The notes: generated by a model from the sequence alone, not told the origin. Shown: positions 37,480 through 50,745, numbered from the whole stretch's first letter. The stretch: DNA of 63,880 nucleotides, filler included, from Basidiobolus ranarum (GCA_040143965.1; 55 parts of 55 records of this genome joined end to end with filler, not necessarily neighbours in it); one strand, 5' to 3'. Numbers and translations are program-made.

Positions 37480-38359
37480 TAGATCTTGCCATTTCTATTC
37501 TAGTCCTGTCAGCTCTTTCAGCAACAAAATTTTGCTGAGATGAATAGGGGCAGTAGCTTCTTGCTTAAATCCATGAACTTTGCAAAAGTGATTAAATAGT
37601 GTTGAAGTATATTCTTCACCATTATCTATACAGAGTTTCTTGATTCTGGTTCCAGTGCCAGTCTCCACAAGTGTTTTAAAATATCTAAGGACTAGGAGAG
37701 CTTCATTTTTTGTTTCCAAAAAGTAGCACAAAGTGTATCTTGTATAATTATCAATAAATGTGATTAAATGTTTTTTCTACCTAAGGATATATTTTGCCTA
37801 GGTTCACACAGACCTCAATGTATAAGATCCAATTTTTTGACAGATTCAATTGAGCCAGAGCACTTGAATGGCTTCCTGGCTTGGTTTTCATATATACAAC
37901 CCTCACATACTTTCATTCTGGTTGGAGGGTTGATTTGAATACCAGAAATCAGGCAATTGTTGATAATTTTGCTCAAAATCAAATCCATTATGGTCAAATC
38001 ACATATGCCACAATTGAATAGTTTCTTGATTGGAATATCTTATATTTACACATGAATCTCTTGGATTATATGTACATCTGTATAAGTTCTAATGCTCTTC
38101 TCCTGAAGCTGAATAATTCCCATTTAGATCAATGATGGTGCATCCTGACTTATGAAAATAGAATTTTAGTCCTTCTGAAGTGGCCTTGAATACAGATATT
38201 AAATTCTTAGCAATATCTGGAACATGTTGCACATCCTTAAAGGTATAAACTTTCTCTTCAGAAGCTTGTTTTAAATTGACTTGAATTGTTCCCATTCCAA
38301 TGGTATCTAATGTATGGTCATCTCCCATGAAAGCCTTTCTTGGGATTTCTCCATGATCC
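37480..38359 (-). mobile_element. Copia protease to integrase fragment
   Basis: DVQHVPDIAKNLISV, CEGC, LDLIH, IDNGEEY. Confidence 0.88.
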
Positions 38360-38459
38360 NNNNNNNNNNNNNNNNNNNNNNNNNNNNNNNNNNNNNNNNN
38401 NNNTTAATTAATTAANNNNNNNNNNNNNNNNNNNNNNNNNNNNNNNNNNNNNNNNNNNN

Positions 38460-39522
38460 CAAGATATTCTCCTTGTGAAATAGATACCTTGCAAGGATTC
38501 TCTTCTATTCAGAGTGATCTAGTACATCTCTGCAACAGTCTAGACTGCTCCAATTAGCCTTTGGGAATATCTTCTGTTTCAATAAATTCTTTTGCTTTTC
38601 TCTTTACACCTCAGTTGATTACTCTTGCCATAGTGTCCTGAAATGCTGTTTTGAACTCTGCAACCTCCATCAACAGTTGCTGCAGAGTCTCATTGAGTAC
38701 TGGTAGATATCTATTGAGAACATCTTTTGTTCCTAAAGATTAGGCTGCAACAGTCACTTCCAGTCCATACAAGCAAAAACACAATTGGAATTGTGTCTTT
38801 GCCAACTCAAAATCAAAATTCCTATTTCTCAATTTGTGCTTTCTATCCTCATGAGTCTTATTGTATATTTTCTTGCAGACTTCTGAAGGCATGTAGATAC
38901 AGTATTTTCTCCAAAGCAGAGTCAAAAGTTGCTTCCACTTTTGTCTAATGCCCCCTTCTCCAGCTTCTGTCAAGCTTATCAATGACTCCCATATATCCAA
39001 GGAAGAATTCATAGTGGATACCTGGGCATCTGTAAAATCATTAGGCGTCCACTGCTTTGCACTACCTACATCTTCATTTGACTGCATGCACAAAATTTTG
39101 GAAGTGGTGGTTTCCTGTACCAAGGTAGGTTGTGAGTCAGGAAGAATCTGTTTTGACATGATACATAACTACCATATATATCTATGATGTTAGACTTGTT
39201 GGTTTCCATCAGAATTAGGGATCTTTTTATATTATTGGTTAAAATGTCAAAGTGAATTTCCTATAGTGTGATCAGGTATAATGCATTCTGCTTTGAGCTG
39301 TTTTGATATGTATGCTAAATGAATTGATTTGGATTGAATTATGATTTACTTTGCTGATGCAGCTTATTATAAAAATTTCATGCAGTTACATATGATTGAA
39401 ATAATTAGCATAATAAATGCAAACAGAAATTTTATTATACAGAATGTAGGGAATTTTACCATGATAATTGAAATTCTTAGATAAATAACTTGCATGCACC
39501 AGATCAATCAGTATTTAGCCAG
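38460..39522 (-). mobile_element. Second copy of the unclassified repeat (ORF 38740-39159 and upstream region)
   Basis: Homology to ~33934-34390; CpG-poor. Confidence 0.5.
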
Positions 39523-40073
39523 NNNNNNNNNNNNNNNNNNNNNNNNNNNNNNNNNNNNNNNNNNNNTTAATTAATTAANNNNNNNNNNNNNNNNNNNNNN
39601 NNNNNNNNNNNNNNNNNNNNNNTTTTAAGTATTATAATTTTACCATAAGTAAACTGGCTACTTTTTAGCTTAATAATTCATAAATTACTTATTGAGAATA
39701 TCCTTTATATACTATTGAGAGTAATGAGGAAACTTGATTAACATTATGAATTAGTAATATTTGTAAAAACTATGTGATATTTACAAGATTAAATAAAGAA
39801 GAAAGTGAATATTAAATATATCATAATTATATTACAAATCTAGAAATATTGAAAGTATTGATAAAAGCTTTCTACTCATGTTTTACAAATATTGACATAC
39901 TACTAGCACTAAGCTCCATAGATGTTTATTTATATACAAAACAACAAAATAGTCCTTAAAATAAACTTTCGGGCTATGTAACCTGCGCAGCACAAAGGTG
40001 CTACAAATTTAAAAAAGTTGTATAAAATGCGATGTATTTGTAACTAAGGTATTTCATATAATATAAATAAAAG

Positions 40074-40685
40074 CAACGCGCACTACAGAACCCTCTATAA
40101 TTTCAAAAACCTACTAACTTTCAAGCTGCGTAGTACAGGAAATATGCCTTTATGCATTGCCCCTGATTTTATCGGGGCTACGTTGGTGGTAGACTGTCAA
40201 CGCGCACTACAAACATGAGCCTCTTTCTAAAAACTTGTTTACTTCCATAGTGCGTATAACTGTTACCATGTCATTATATTGTATCTCTGACTTTACAGGA
40301 GTCACAAAGACTGCTCATCCCTCAACATGCACTACAAATGTGAGTCTCTTTTTAAAAACATATTTACTTTTGGTGTGCGTATAACTGATACCATGTCATT
40401 ATTTTTTACCTTTGACTTTATAGGAGTTACAAAGACCGCTCATCCCTTGACGCGCACTACAAACATGAGCCTCTTTTTAAAAACATATTTACTTTTGGCA
40501 TGCGTATAACTGATACCACGTCATTATTTATCTTTCACTTTATAGGAGTTATGCAGACCGCTCATCCCTCAACATGCACTACAAACATGAGCCTCTTTTT
40601 AAAAACATATTTACTTTTTGTGTGCATATAACTTAGACCACGTCATTATTTTTCCCCTATGATTTTATAGGAGTTACAAAGACCA
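40074..40685 (+). repeat. Tandem repeat, 122-125 bp unit, about 5 copies (first degenerate)
   Basis: CACTACA recurs at 40081, 40205, 40330, 40455, 40577. Confidence 0.92.
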
Positions 40686-40785
40686 NNNNNNNNNNNNNNN
40701 NNNNNNNNNNNNNNNNNNNNNNNNNNNNNTTAATTAATTAANNNNNNNNNNNNNNNNNNNNNNNNNNNNNNNNNNNNNNNNNNNN

Positions 40786-41847
40786 AATACAGCTTTCACA
40801 TTTTGTAATATCTGAGGGCTTAAGATCAATTCCAGTACATAGGCTATTTTTATAGAATAGTTTCACACTGTTACAGCTTAGATGACCCAAGCACTGATGC
40901 CAAGGCATCAAGTTTCCAGAAGTAATTGTTGCAAAGTTAGAAACAGTCTCAGTTATTGGTACAATATCCAGGTAATATAGATTCCCAATTCTTGTTCCAG
41001 TTGCTAATATCAAGTCCTTTGATTTGTATTTAGTTGCTTTACCTTGGCTGAATTTGATATCATAATGTTTCTTTTCAATTGCTCCAATTGAATACAGATT
41101 TGTTGAAATGATGGAATATATAAGACATCTTCCAAGGTTACCATTACACTTTTGGTTTTACTTATTTGTAACTCAAGTGTGACCTTTCCCATTCCATATG
41201 CAACCCATTGGTTTCTTCCAGCTACAATGATGTCCAGAGGTTCCATTTCCATATAGTCATGCATTTTGTTTCTATTGTGACACATATGATCACTTGCACC
41301 AGAATCTAGAATCCATACATCAGCAGAGTCATTTTCGATTTAGAGGTTGCAATAAGTACATAGTGCTCATTTCCTCATTTAGTGGTGTTATATGCTTCCT
41401 TTCTCTTTGAAACCCATTTCTTCTTTGATCTGCAGTAACGTGCTATATGTCCCAGTTTTCCACATTTGTAACATTTCACAGTACTCCGTTCTGGTAGGCT
41501 ACTTTGAGAATAAAATGCTTGTGTAGTGTTTGTTTCAGCTGCAAGCTGACTTTTGTCTTTCCTTTTAAGTTCTTCTTGACATAGACAAGAGATCAGATAA
41601 TGCTGAGTAAGTTTATTCCCAATTGCTTCCAAAGTGAGTACAAGGGCTGAATATGATTCAGGGAGACCATTGATTATGGTAAGAATTATATCCATTTCAG
41701 GTACTTCATAATTCACTGAATCCAGTTGTTGGGCAGGTTTCTTGACACCATTTATATATGACAAAATATCTGAATCCTCAGACATACATGAGTTTAAGAA
41801 TTTTCTTTGTAGCATCATCAAGTGAGCAAGCCCTTTTTGCTCATGAG
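40786..41847 (-). mobile_element. Copia gag-protease-preintegrase fragment
   Basis: CYKCGKLGHIARYC knuckle, WILDSGASDH. Confidence 0.92.
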
Positions 41848-41947
41848 NNNNNNNNNNNNNNNNNNNNNNNNNNNNNNNNNNNNNNNNNNNNTTAATTAAT
41901 TAANNNNNNNNNNNNNNNNNNNNNNNNNNNNNNNNNNNNNNNNNNNN

Positions 41948-43009
41948 TGGAGTTACCACAATTATATAACCAGAATGATGTAGGGCAAAGTGCAACTTTG
42001 GTCAAACCAGCAAGTCCAGACAACTTTGAGGACTTGCTGCTAGATGTTGACCTTGGCTATTCCAGTACCTATGTTAGTCTATCAGAAGTTGTAGTAGATG
42101 ACAACGGTTTTGTTATGGGCTCTTTGTTATCAGCAAACATTAGTCCACTCATAACAATTACAGTAAAGGAAGCAGCTTTGATTATTGAGGAGTGGAGGGT
42201 TCCATCCAATCTTAGCAACCAGATATTTATTGGTTTTCTTACACTTTTACCACGGTTGATTGGCAACTGTTGCTTGCCACAGACCTGGTACAAGTGGAAA
42301 ACACTTGTCAATTGTATAACTTATAATCCTTCAGTAATTAAACTACCTTCAAGTCCAAATGGTTGTTGGGCTTTTACCAGTGATCTAAAAACCTGAAGTC
42401 ATGTACTGTTTGAACACAATTGGCAATCACTGAGTCAGGTAAGTATTGTTCATATTTGGCTCACTTACCATTGATTCCCTGTCTTAAAGTTTTGATGAAA
42501 CAACCCAAATATAGATCATTGATCCAATACCAAAGTACTCACCGTAAAGCTGATGGTATTACCAATATACTTGATGGATAACACTACCAGAATCTGAAAA
42601 GTCAAGGTTTCTTTGAGAACATATATGATCATGCATTTGCAATGGCTCTGGATGGTTTCTCACTAAACAAATATAACATTGGAAAGGCTTGCTGGCCAAT
42701 AATTTTAATCAACTTAAATCTTCCTCCTTCTGAACAGTATAGAAATCATAATATTTTGATACTATCCATCATATCTGGACCTAAATCACCAGTGCTTATA
42801 AATAGCTTCTTGGAGCCTTTGATTGTGGAATATGAATGGTTATCTAATGGGGTTCAGATGCGTGAATATTTTATTAAATCTAATATCATTGTATGTATTG
42901 GTGACACTCCTGCCATCAGTAAACTTGGAGGTTTTCACAGGCACAATGCACTATCTTGCTGTAGATTTTGTCAAATCCATGGAGTTTACTCTAACAGGCA
43001 TATGCATTA
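41948..43009 (+). mobile_element. CACTA transposase pseudogene bridging N-terminus and catalytic region
   Basis: Links SPDNFEDLLLDVD (N-terminal) to LDGFSLNKY...GDTPA. Confidence 0.9.
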
Positions 43010-43109
43010 NNNNNNNNNNNNNNNNNNNNNNNNNNNNNNNNNNNNNNNNNNNNTTAATTAATTAANNNNNNNNNNNNNNNNNNNNNNNNNNNNNNNNNNN
43101 NNNNNNNNN

Positions 43110-43215
43110 CTATATAAGTCACCATATACTCTTAAGAATAAACTAACTAAAACACACTATCATAAGTTGCTTCTAATACTCAAAGTCTACCCCATTATGT
43201 CAAGATCCTCCAACA
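43110..43215 (+). mobile_element. Copia LTR-C 3' end inserted in transposase
   Basis: Matches ~29261-29368, ends CCTCCAACA. Confidence 0.75.
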
Positions 43216-44170
43216 GTTTTCTTACACTTTTACCACAGTTGATTGGCAACTGTTGCTTGCCACAGACCTGGTACAAGTGTAAATACTTGTCAATTGTATG
43301 ACTTATAATCCTTCAGTAATTAAATAACCTTCAAGTCCAAATGGTTGTTTGGCTTTCACCAGTGATCTGAAAAACCTGAAGACATGTACTGCTTGCACAC
43401 AATTGGCAATCATTGAGTCAGATAAATATTGTTCATATTTGGCTTATATACCATTGATTCCCCATCTTAAAGTTTTGAAGAAATCACCCAAATATAGATC
43501 ATTGATCCAATACCAAAGAACTCACCGTAAAGTTGATGATATTACCAATATACTTTATGGATATCACTACCAGAATCTGAAAAGTCAAGGTTTCTTTGAG
43601 TACACGTATGATCATACATTTGCATTGGCTCTGGATGGCTTCTTACTAAACAAATATACCATTGGAAAGGCTTGCTGGCTAATAATTTAATCCACTTAAA
43701 TCTTCCTCCTTCTGAATGGTATAAGAGTCATAATATATTGATACTATCCATCATATCTGGACCTAAATCACTAGAGCCTATAGATAGCTTCTTGGAGCCT
43801 TTGATTGTGGAATTTGATTGGTTATCTGATGGGGTTTGGATGGGTGAATATTTTATGAAAGCTAAGATCATTGTATGTATTGGCAACACTCCTGCCATTA
43901 GTCAACTTGGAGGCTTTCATGGGCACAATGCACTATGTTGCTGTCAGTTTTGTCAAATCAATGGAGTTTATTCTAACAGGCATATGCATTGCTACTGTCC
44001 AAATACAACACTAAACTTCATGATTTTACCATCAAGAGCCTGGTCAGATTTCAATATGATCACTGACATCAATTCACCAAATAGTCAGTCTAGCATCAAA
44101 CCTGGTATTAGTTATAAGCCTAAGATTACATTGCTCAAGGGGATCAGCTGGAGCCAGAGCTTCCCATTAG
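43216..44170 (+). mobile_element. CACTA transposase pseudogene
   Basis: Same motifs as other copies. Confidence 0.9.
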
Positions 44171-45223
44171 NNNNNNNNNNNNNNNNNNNNNNNNNNNNNN
44201 NNNNNNNNNNNNNNTTAATTAATTAANNNNNNNNNNNNNNNNNNNNNNNNNNNNNNNNNNNNNNNNNNNNCAGCTCAATACCTTGGACAAAAGGAGCAAA
44301 TACTTACCTGGAGCCTGAACCTTTGCACATGAGAAGAGAAATACTACATTTGTAAGTTCATCAACAAGGCCAAAGGCATTACGCTCCTTGTTCTGACATT
44401 TTTCCCAGTATCTACATGTACCAACAGTGATTATGACTGCAGGTGATGAGGCTTAATCTACATCTAAATCAGCAAGCTTCAGGAGTTCAAGCACAAGAAA
44501 CAAGAAGGTGAAGAGTTTGCTCTAGTAATTAACAACAGTTTCCAATACAGTCAAAACAAGGAGAAGACTATTTGTTGACTCTGTTACCATAACCAGAGTA
44601 ATAAGCACTACCAAGTGAGATATTTGCTCTGTTTGCATCTATGTTGGAAAGTCATGACTAATTTGTACTAATTTTGATCTACCTTGAGTCCTGCTTTGTT
44701 TAGGGCACTATAACAAAGTACAGAAACATGGCCACAGACTTGATTAGCAAGGCTAGTTACACTCAAATTAGCAAGGCTGGCAAGATTGCACCAAACTTAA
44801 TTGGTTATTATTTTCACATCTTCTAGGCTGCCTTCTTTTGCTATCTCTTGTTGAGTGCATAAACCCTTTTCATGATGGTTTTGAATTTGTATTTCTCAAT
44901 AAATGGGGGTGAGGATTAGTAAGTAGGCTGTTTTACAAGGTTGTGAGTTTTGTGTTAAGTGAGTTTTGATGATTGGAATAATCTAACAAAACAACATGCC
45001 AGCAATGGCAGCACTCAGCAAAGTAGACATAATACCACACAGCATGGCCCCAAAGGCACCAATTTGAATACCAAAAGATGCAAAGTTAGCTAATCTATAA
45101 AGATAATTAATATTCAAAGATGAGGTTCTTTCCCAAAGTATACCTGCAGTAGTTAATCTACAAATGTTGTGAATTCATTGACAAATATGTTAATGGTGAC
45201 AGTCAGTAAATCAGCACTTAAAA

Positions 45224-45331
45224 TGTTAAAATTAGCATTGCCTAAACACCTATATAGTCATATATAGCTTAGTACTTAGTCATCTTATAATTCACTAAGA
45301 TATTATCAATTATTCTCAATTGGAATTTACT
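45224..45331 (+). mobile_element. Copia LTR-A 5' end
   Basis: TGTTAAAATTAGCATTGCC matches 30487 onward. Confidence 0.8.
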
Positions 45332-45431
45332 NNNNNNNNNNNNNNNNNNNNNNNNNNNNNNNNNNNNNNNNNNNNTTAATTAATTAANNNNNNNNNNNNN
45401 NNNNNNNNNNNNNNNNNNNNNNNNNNNNNNN

Positions 45432-46492
45432 CGATTAGGCAGATTCCCCAGGGGTGCAATTTGACCAAGGCCTTCCGCCTCCGTCGATTTGCGAAGCCGG
45501 GGGCCACCATTTATTTGGTAACCCCCCAAATCGGCGATCATGATCACCCCATCCAGTGATTCGCCTCCCCCCTTGACTTGAATAATCCCCCTTCCCCCCC
45601 CCCCGCTTCCCCAACCAAAGTCAGCTCCTTTCCCCCCCCCCGCCTGGTTAGCTCCTTTTGCTTTTGGCCACCGAAGGCCCCCCCCAAAGGGGGGGGGGAG
45701 GAGGCCCCCCCCCCCGCCAAGGTGGGGGAAGCGGCTCTACCCTCTCCCCCCGGGGGCCAGATGCGAAGCGGGGGTCCGGGAGGGGGGCAGGCTTTATCTT
45801 TAATAATATAAAGGTGTATATATATTTACTATAAATAAAGGGTGCCTCTCCTTTGACTCCCCCCCCCTCCCGGTAGGGGTGGGGGGGGGGGGGGGGGGGG
45901 GGGCACCCCGGGCCCGGGGGGGCCCCAATGGGGGGGACGATAAACCCCGAACCCCCCCCCACCCCCTGGGGGTGGGGGGTAGCCACCGGAGGCCGTATCA
46001 AGGGGGGAGCCCCACCCCCCCTGCCCAGGGGGCACCCTCAAATGCCTCGGGGGGCCCCCAATTTTCGAGTGAACCCCCCCCGTCTCCCCCCCCCCTCCCC
46101 CTCCCCAGGGGGGGGGCCAGGAGGGGGGCCCTCAGGGCTCCCAAGGGCCTTCGCAAACCCGCCGGAGGGATCAGGATGGGGGAGAGGAGGGTTATGGCTA
46201 ACCGGGCTATGCCCAAACACGCGGGCTTGACCGTCTACGAAACGGCATCCACCGGTTCGACAAACCGGGACTTTACTTTAAGCTACAAACCCAAAAGGGG
46301 GGGGCGGGGCACCCATTTCTCAACCGAAGGATCAGGGCTTATAACTAGATTTTCTCCTCCCCCCAAAGGGCCTCCATCTGAATTGGTGTATTATATTGTC
46401 GCACTTAGAGTAGATAACTGTCCCTTGTATACGGACATAAAATAATTGAGGCTATACTAGCATTAATCTCATTCCCGTTAAAAGTACTAGGG
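45432..46492. other. GC-rich contig with poly-G/poly-C tracts and hairpins, origin uncertain
   Basis: Long G and C runs alternating with AT islands, unlike every other contig. Confidence 0.6.
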
Positions 46493-47370
46493 NNNNNNNN
46501 NNNNNNNNNNNNNNNNNNNNNNNNNNNNNNNNNNNNTTAATTAATTAANNNNNNNNNNNNNNNNNNNNNNNNNNNNNNNNNNNNNNNNNNNNAAACCTGC
46601 GCAATTGGCTAGTAATTAATGGTCGAATTTACTTTTAAGGCTAGGCCTTGTTAATGCCCTGGCTCATATTTTAAAGTAAGAAATTATTCATAGAAAATAG
46701 GCTTGAACTTATACATATTGCATCATGTATGTGAAGATATAGTTTGCCGTTACCGCACATCATTCGTATTTAGTGCGTATTTCTTAATTTGAAATTGGAA
46801 TTCCTTATATATTGAGCATTCGGTTTTTAGTATTGTACTAAGGAAGGAAGTTATAAGTACTCTCAATTCAGATTCTAAACCAATTGAAGAGAGATGTAGC
46901 TGGTTTAGTTCACATGCACCAATATAACAATACTGGAACTGGTGTAATCGAGAGATTGAATATGATCTTGTCAATGTTATAGTCTCGAGAATAAAGTGTT
47001 TCTTCTGAGTTGGCTTCCTGGTTGTGATAGAAGAGAGAGTTATCTCTGTTTTGCTTGGCAGCATTTGATTCGTAATTTTAATTTCTCTACGGTTCTTCTG
47101 AGTTGGCTTCCTAATTACAATAGAGGATGAAATTGGCGATATCTGTACCCCCTAGAGTAGTAATCTGGCAGAGTTTTCAATGCTTGCCAGGATTATACTA
47201 CAATGATAGCAGGATATAATTATTCGTTACTAGATCAAGGTATTCTATATATTTCAACATATTATTGTTTATTTTATATCACGGAAGCTAAGCATCGTAC
47301 GCATGGCTTGAATAAATTTTTATTAAACACCGAAATATCAATGAATTAACTGTCAACATTATAGTTGAAT

Positions 47371-47652
47371 TTAACAAGCGCCCATATCCACCCAAACCCC
47401 CTTGTTTTTAGGGGATTCATCCTGAGTCCACCATTTGGCTTTCCAAAGATGACCATTGAAGGTACTCTTTTGAGAGCTATTGTATGTAGCTTTGGGGCTC
47501 CAAGCCTTGACTCCATCGCACAAGCCAGTTGTGGGACGCTTTGTAGGGGTAGGTTTAGTGGAAATAGTTTTGCTAGAAGTAGAGACAGGGGTAGTAGCAG
47601 GAGTGGGTACAGAGGGAGTTGGTACAGGTTTAGAGCCATTGTCATTACCATT
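47371..47652 (-). CDS. C-terminal P/T/S linker plus CBM5/12 chitin-binding module (probable chitinase-like enzyme)
   Basis: Manual translation ...PTPTKRPTTGLCDGVKAWSPKATYNSSQKSTFNGHLWKAKWWTQDESPKNKGVWVDMGAC*; AKWWTQ signature. Confidence 0.88.
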   Translation of the reverse strand, partial: NGNDNGSKPVPTPSVPTPATTPVSTSSKTISTKPTPTKRPTTGLCDGVKAWSPKATYNSSQKSTFNGHLWKAKWWTQDESPKNKGVWVDMGAC

Positions 47653-47753
47653 ANNNNNNNNNNNNNNNNNNNNNNNNNNNNNNNNNNNNNNNNNNNNTTA
47701 ATTAATTAANNNNNNNNNNNNNNNNNNNNNNNNNNNNNNNNNNNNNNNNNNNN

Positions 47754-48814
47754 CCTGCGATTCCCTTGTTGTGATAATTCTATCCAAATTTTGCATGGAG
47801 GATTGTTCCATAGTGGGCAAATCAGCCATTTTTGAAGTTGATGGTTTAGACGGTGTTTTGGCTGAACTTTGCTCAACTATTGATTTACTACATAGTTGGG
47901 GGATTACAATCTCTTCTTTTGCATCATTGCTGGAAAGGAACACATCTGGTAAATTGATTAATGCTTCATCATTACATGAGTTAGGTTCCGGAATGTTAAT
48001 GCCTTCCAAAGTGGATAGTGGATTGCTAGACTGCTAATCAATTAGGTTGTCTGTTCTTGCTGGTTTTTTCCTCTTGTGCCAGCAAGCTTTGGCTTGGAAG
48101 CCAATTTTGACTTATATTTTGAGCACTTTTTGAATGGCATTGAAATTTCCAGATGGTAGACTTGGTTTAATGAAATTGCTTAGAAACAGCTTATAATAAA
48201 CCAAAATTGACATCCATTACCAGAAATATGTTGTAAATTCCCTGATGGCTCATCTGTGACACCATCTCAGAATCAGCCAATGATACTAATGGGCTATACC
48301 TAAAATACCACCCTTAAGTGGGAGGTGTTCTTTTTTCCACAATATCCTTCTCATGCTGCAACAGAAACATTTAAAGAAGCCCTGCTATTATTGTCACAAA
48401 TTCTTGTGCTATGAAAGCTGGAGGCTTCATAGAAAAAATAATCACAAGCACTATCACTGTACAAAGCCTGATGTATAACTATATTTATAAGTACACTAAA
48501 TTTACTTCAATTTTGCCTATTGAGTCCACTGACTGTAGTTTGCCTCAAAGTTTTGGTAACACTGCCAAAAGTCAAGATACCGTGGAGTTACCACAGTTAT
48601 ATGACCAGAATGATGTAGGTCAAAATGCAACTTTGGTCAAACCAGTAAGTCCTGACAACTTTGAGGAATTGCTGCTAGATGTTGACCTTGGTTATTCCAG
48701 TACCAATGGTAGTATATCAGAAGTTGAAGAAGAAGACAACGGTTTTGTTACAGACTCTTTGTTATTGGCAAATATTAGTCCACTCATAACACTTACAGTA
48801 AAGGAAGCAGCTTA
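47754..48814. mobile_element. CACTA centre: ORF2 (-, ATG 48140) and transposase (+, ATG 48353)
   Basis: Third copy of the divergent junction; 212-bp spacer. Confidence 0.82.
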
Positions 48815-48914
48815 NNNNNNNNNNNNNNNNNNNNNNNNNNNNNNNNNNNNNNNNNNNNTTAATTAATTAANNNNNNNNNNNNNNNNNNNNNNNNNNNNNN
48901 NNNNNNNNNNNNNN

Positions 48915-49975
48915 AAAAGTTTCATTGTAGTCCACCCCTTCCATTTGAGAGTATCCTTTAGCCACAAGTCTGGCTTTATATCTCTCTACAGATCCATCAG
49001 CTTGCTGCTTAACTTTAAACACCCACTTGCATCCAATTGATTTTTGGTTAACAGGTGACTTAACCAAAGTCCAAGTTTAGTTATACATGAGTGACTGATA
49101 CTCCTCTGCCATTGCAGCACTCCGAAACTTTGTGTTGGGACTCTGCATAGCCTCCTGTACTGATTTGGGTTCATCAGAAAAGGCTAAATTAGCACTAGGC
49201 TCCTTTTGGCTAGTGTGAGAGTAGTAATCAGGTGGAGATCTCATCCGATTGGATCTCCTAAGATGGGAAATTGGCACTACAACTTCTGGTACCAATTTAG
49301 GCAATGAAACCACCTCAGGCTTGGTTGAGGACACTGCTGGTGAGAGATTTTCAATGTTTTTCTCACTGATCAGGATCTGGTGAGAAAAAGAAGAATTTTC
49401 ATCAATTTTCGGTTGTTTTTCTTGATCCTGGATTGTTTTGATTGAAAATTTTTCTTCTTCAGCAAATTCCACATCCCTTGACTTGATTAGCTTCTTATTT
49501 TCAGTGTCATACAGTCTGTACCCTTTTGTCCCATCACAATATCCCAAAAAAAGACATTTCTGGCTTTTTTGGTCTAATTTTGATCTCTTCTGGTCTGGAA
49601 TCAAAGCATATGCGGTACTTCCAAAAACTCTGAGATTAGCCACATCAGGTTTACTTCCAAACCAAGCTTGATAAGGTGTCATAGCCAATAGAGACCTAGA
49701 AGGACATCTATTCCTAATATATAAGGCAGTGCAACCAATTCAGCCCAGAGTTGTTTTGGTAAATCTTGATCATGAAGCATTGATCTTGCCTTCTCCATGA
49801 TTGATCTGTTTGCAGATTCTGCTGTGGAGAATGTGGCACTGTAGTCTGCTGTTCCATCCCATTTATTGAGCAGAATTTAGAGAAGAGTTTTGAGGTGTAT
49901 TCCCCTCCATTATCAGTATGGATAATCTTGATCTTTAGACCTGTTTCAGTCTCCACCATTGCTGTGAACTTCTTG
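48915..49975 (-). mobile_element. Copia integrase to RT start
   Basis: [37 protein letters not shown]; integrase before RT is the Copia order. Confidence 0.94.
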
Positions 49976-50077
49976 NNNNNNNNNNNNNNNNNNNNNNNNN
50001 NNNNNNNNNNNNNNNNNNNTTAATTAATTAANNNNNNNNNNNNNNNNNNNNNNNNNNNNNNNNNNNNNNNNNNNNCT

Positions 50078-50745
50078 TATGACCAATTATTTTTTCTTGG
50101 AGGATATCAATCTCAGCAGAACCCTACAGAAGACAGTATGCTTAAGGAATTTTATTGTTTGAGCTTGATGTCATACACTTGGGAGAAACTCTATATCCAC
50201 TCCAAAATTTGTGCCTTAGGCATAACATTTATAGGGTTGGTGAATGAGTTTGGCAATTTAATTTGATATACCAACAATGCCAATACTAGTTTTATTTACA
50301 ATGTTGACCACCAAATGTGGGTTTATCCTCCTGATGAAGTGCAACATCTTAGCACACAACAGCTTTTGGGTCAAATTACCAATGAGATTGGGTTTACAGC
50401 AAATAACTTTTCAACACAGAGTACTCCACTCAGATATTTATCTGATTTGAAGGTGCAATTGAAGGATTATCAGAAAGTTGGAGTATTATGGCTTAAAAGG
50501 ACCAAAGTGTGCTATCAAAATGCATTGTTAGCTGATGCCATAGGATTAGGAAAAACAATACAAGTGTTAAGCCTGATATTAAAAACACTGGAATTGCATC
50601 CCAATTAATTGTGGTTCCACATGGTTTAATCCTTATTTGGATGGAGGAGATTATGGAAAAAACCAACATCCCTCAAGATGATATTCACTTATTTCATGAG
50701 CAATACCAAGCTATGCAACCTGAAGATCTGGAACAAAAGTAGATA
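50078..50745 (+). pseudogene. Decayed SNF2-family ATPase N-terminus with upstream Kelch-like segment
   Basis: LKDYQKVGVLWL and LLADAIGLGKTIQ (motif I); in-frame stop and frameshift; truncated by a CACTA end. Confidence 0.75.

Noticed and set aside
40205-40212. CACTACAA as a plant-type CACTA terminus
   Set aside because: Internal to each tandem unit with no inverted partner; the CACTA-type family here ends in CCC.
40074-40685. CRISPR array
   Set aside because: Whole units are homologous with no unique spacers; eukaryotic context and no cas genes.
45578-46445. Pro/Gly-rich ORFs on both strands
   Set aside because: Products of G/C homopolymers lacking stop codons; no domain signal.
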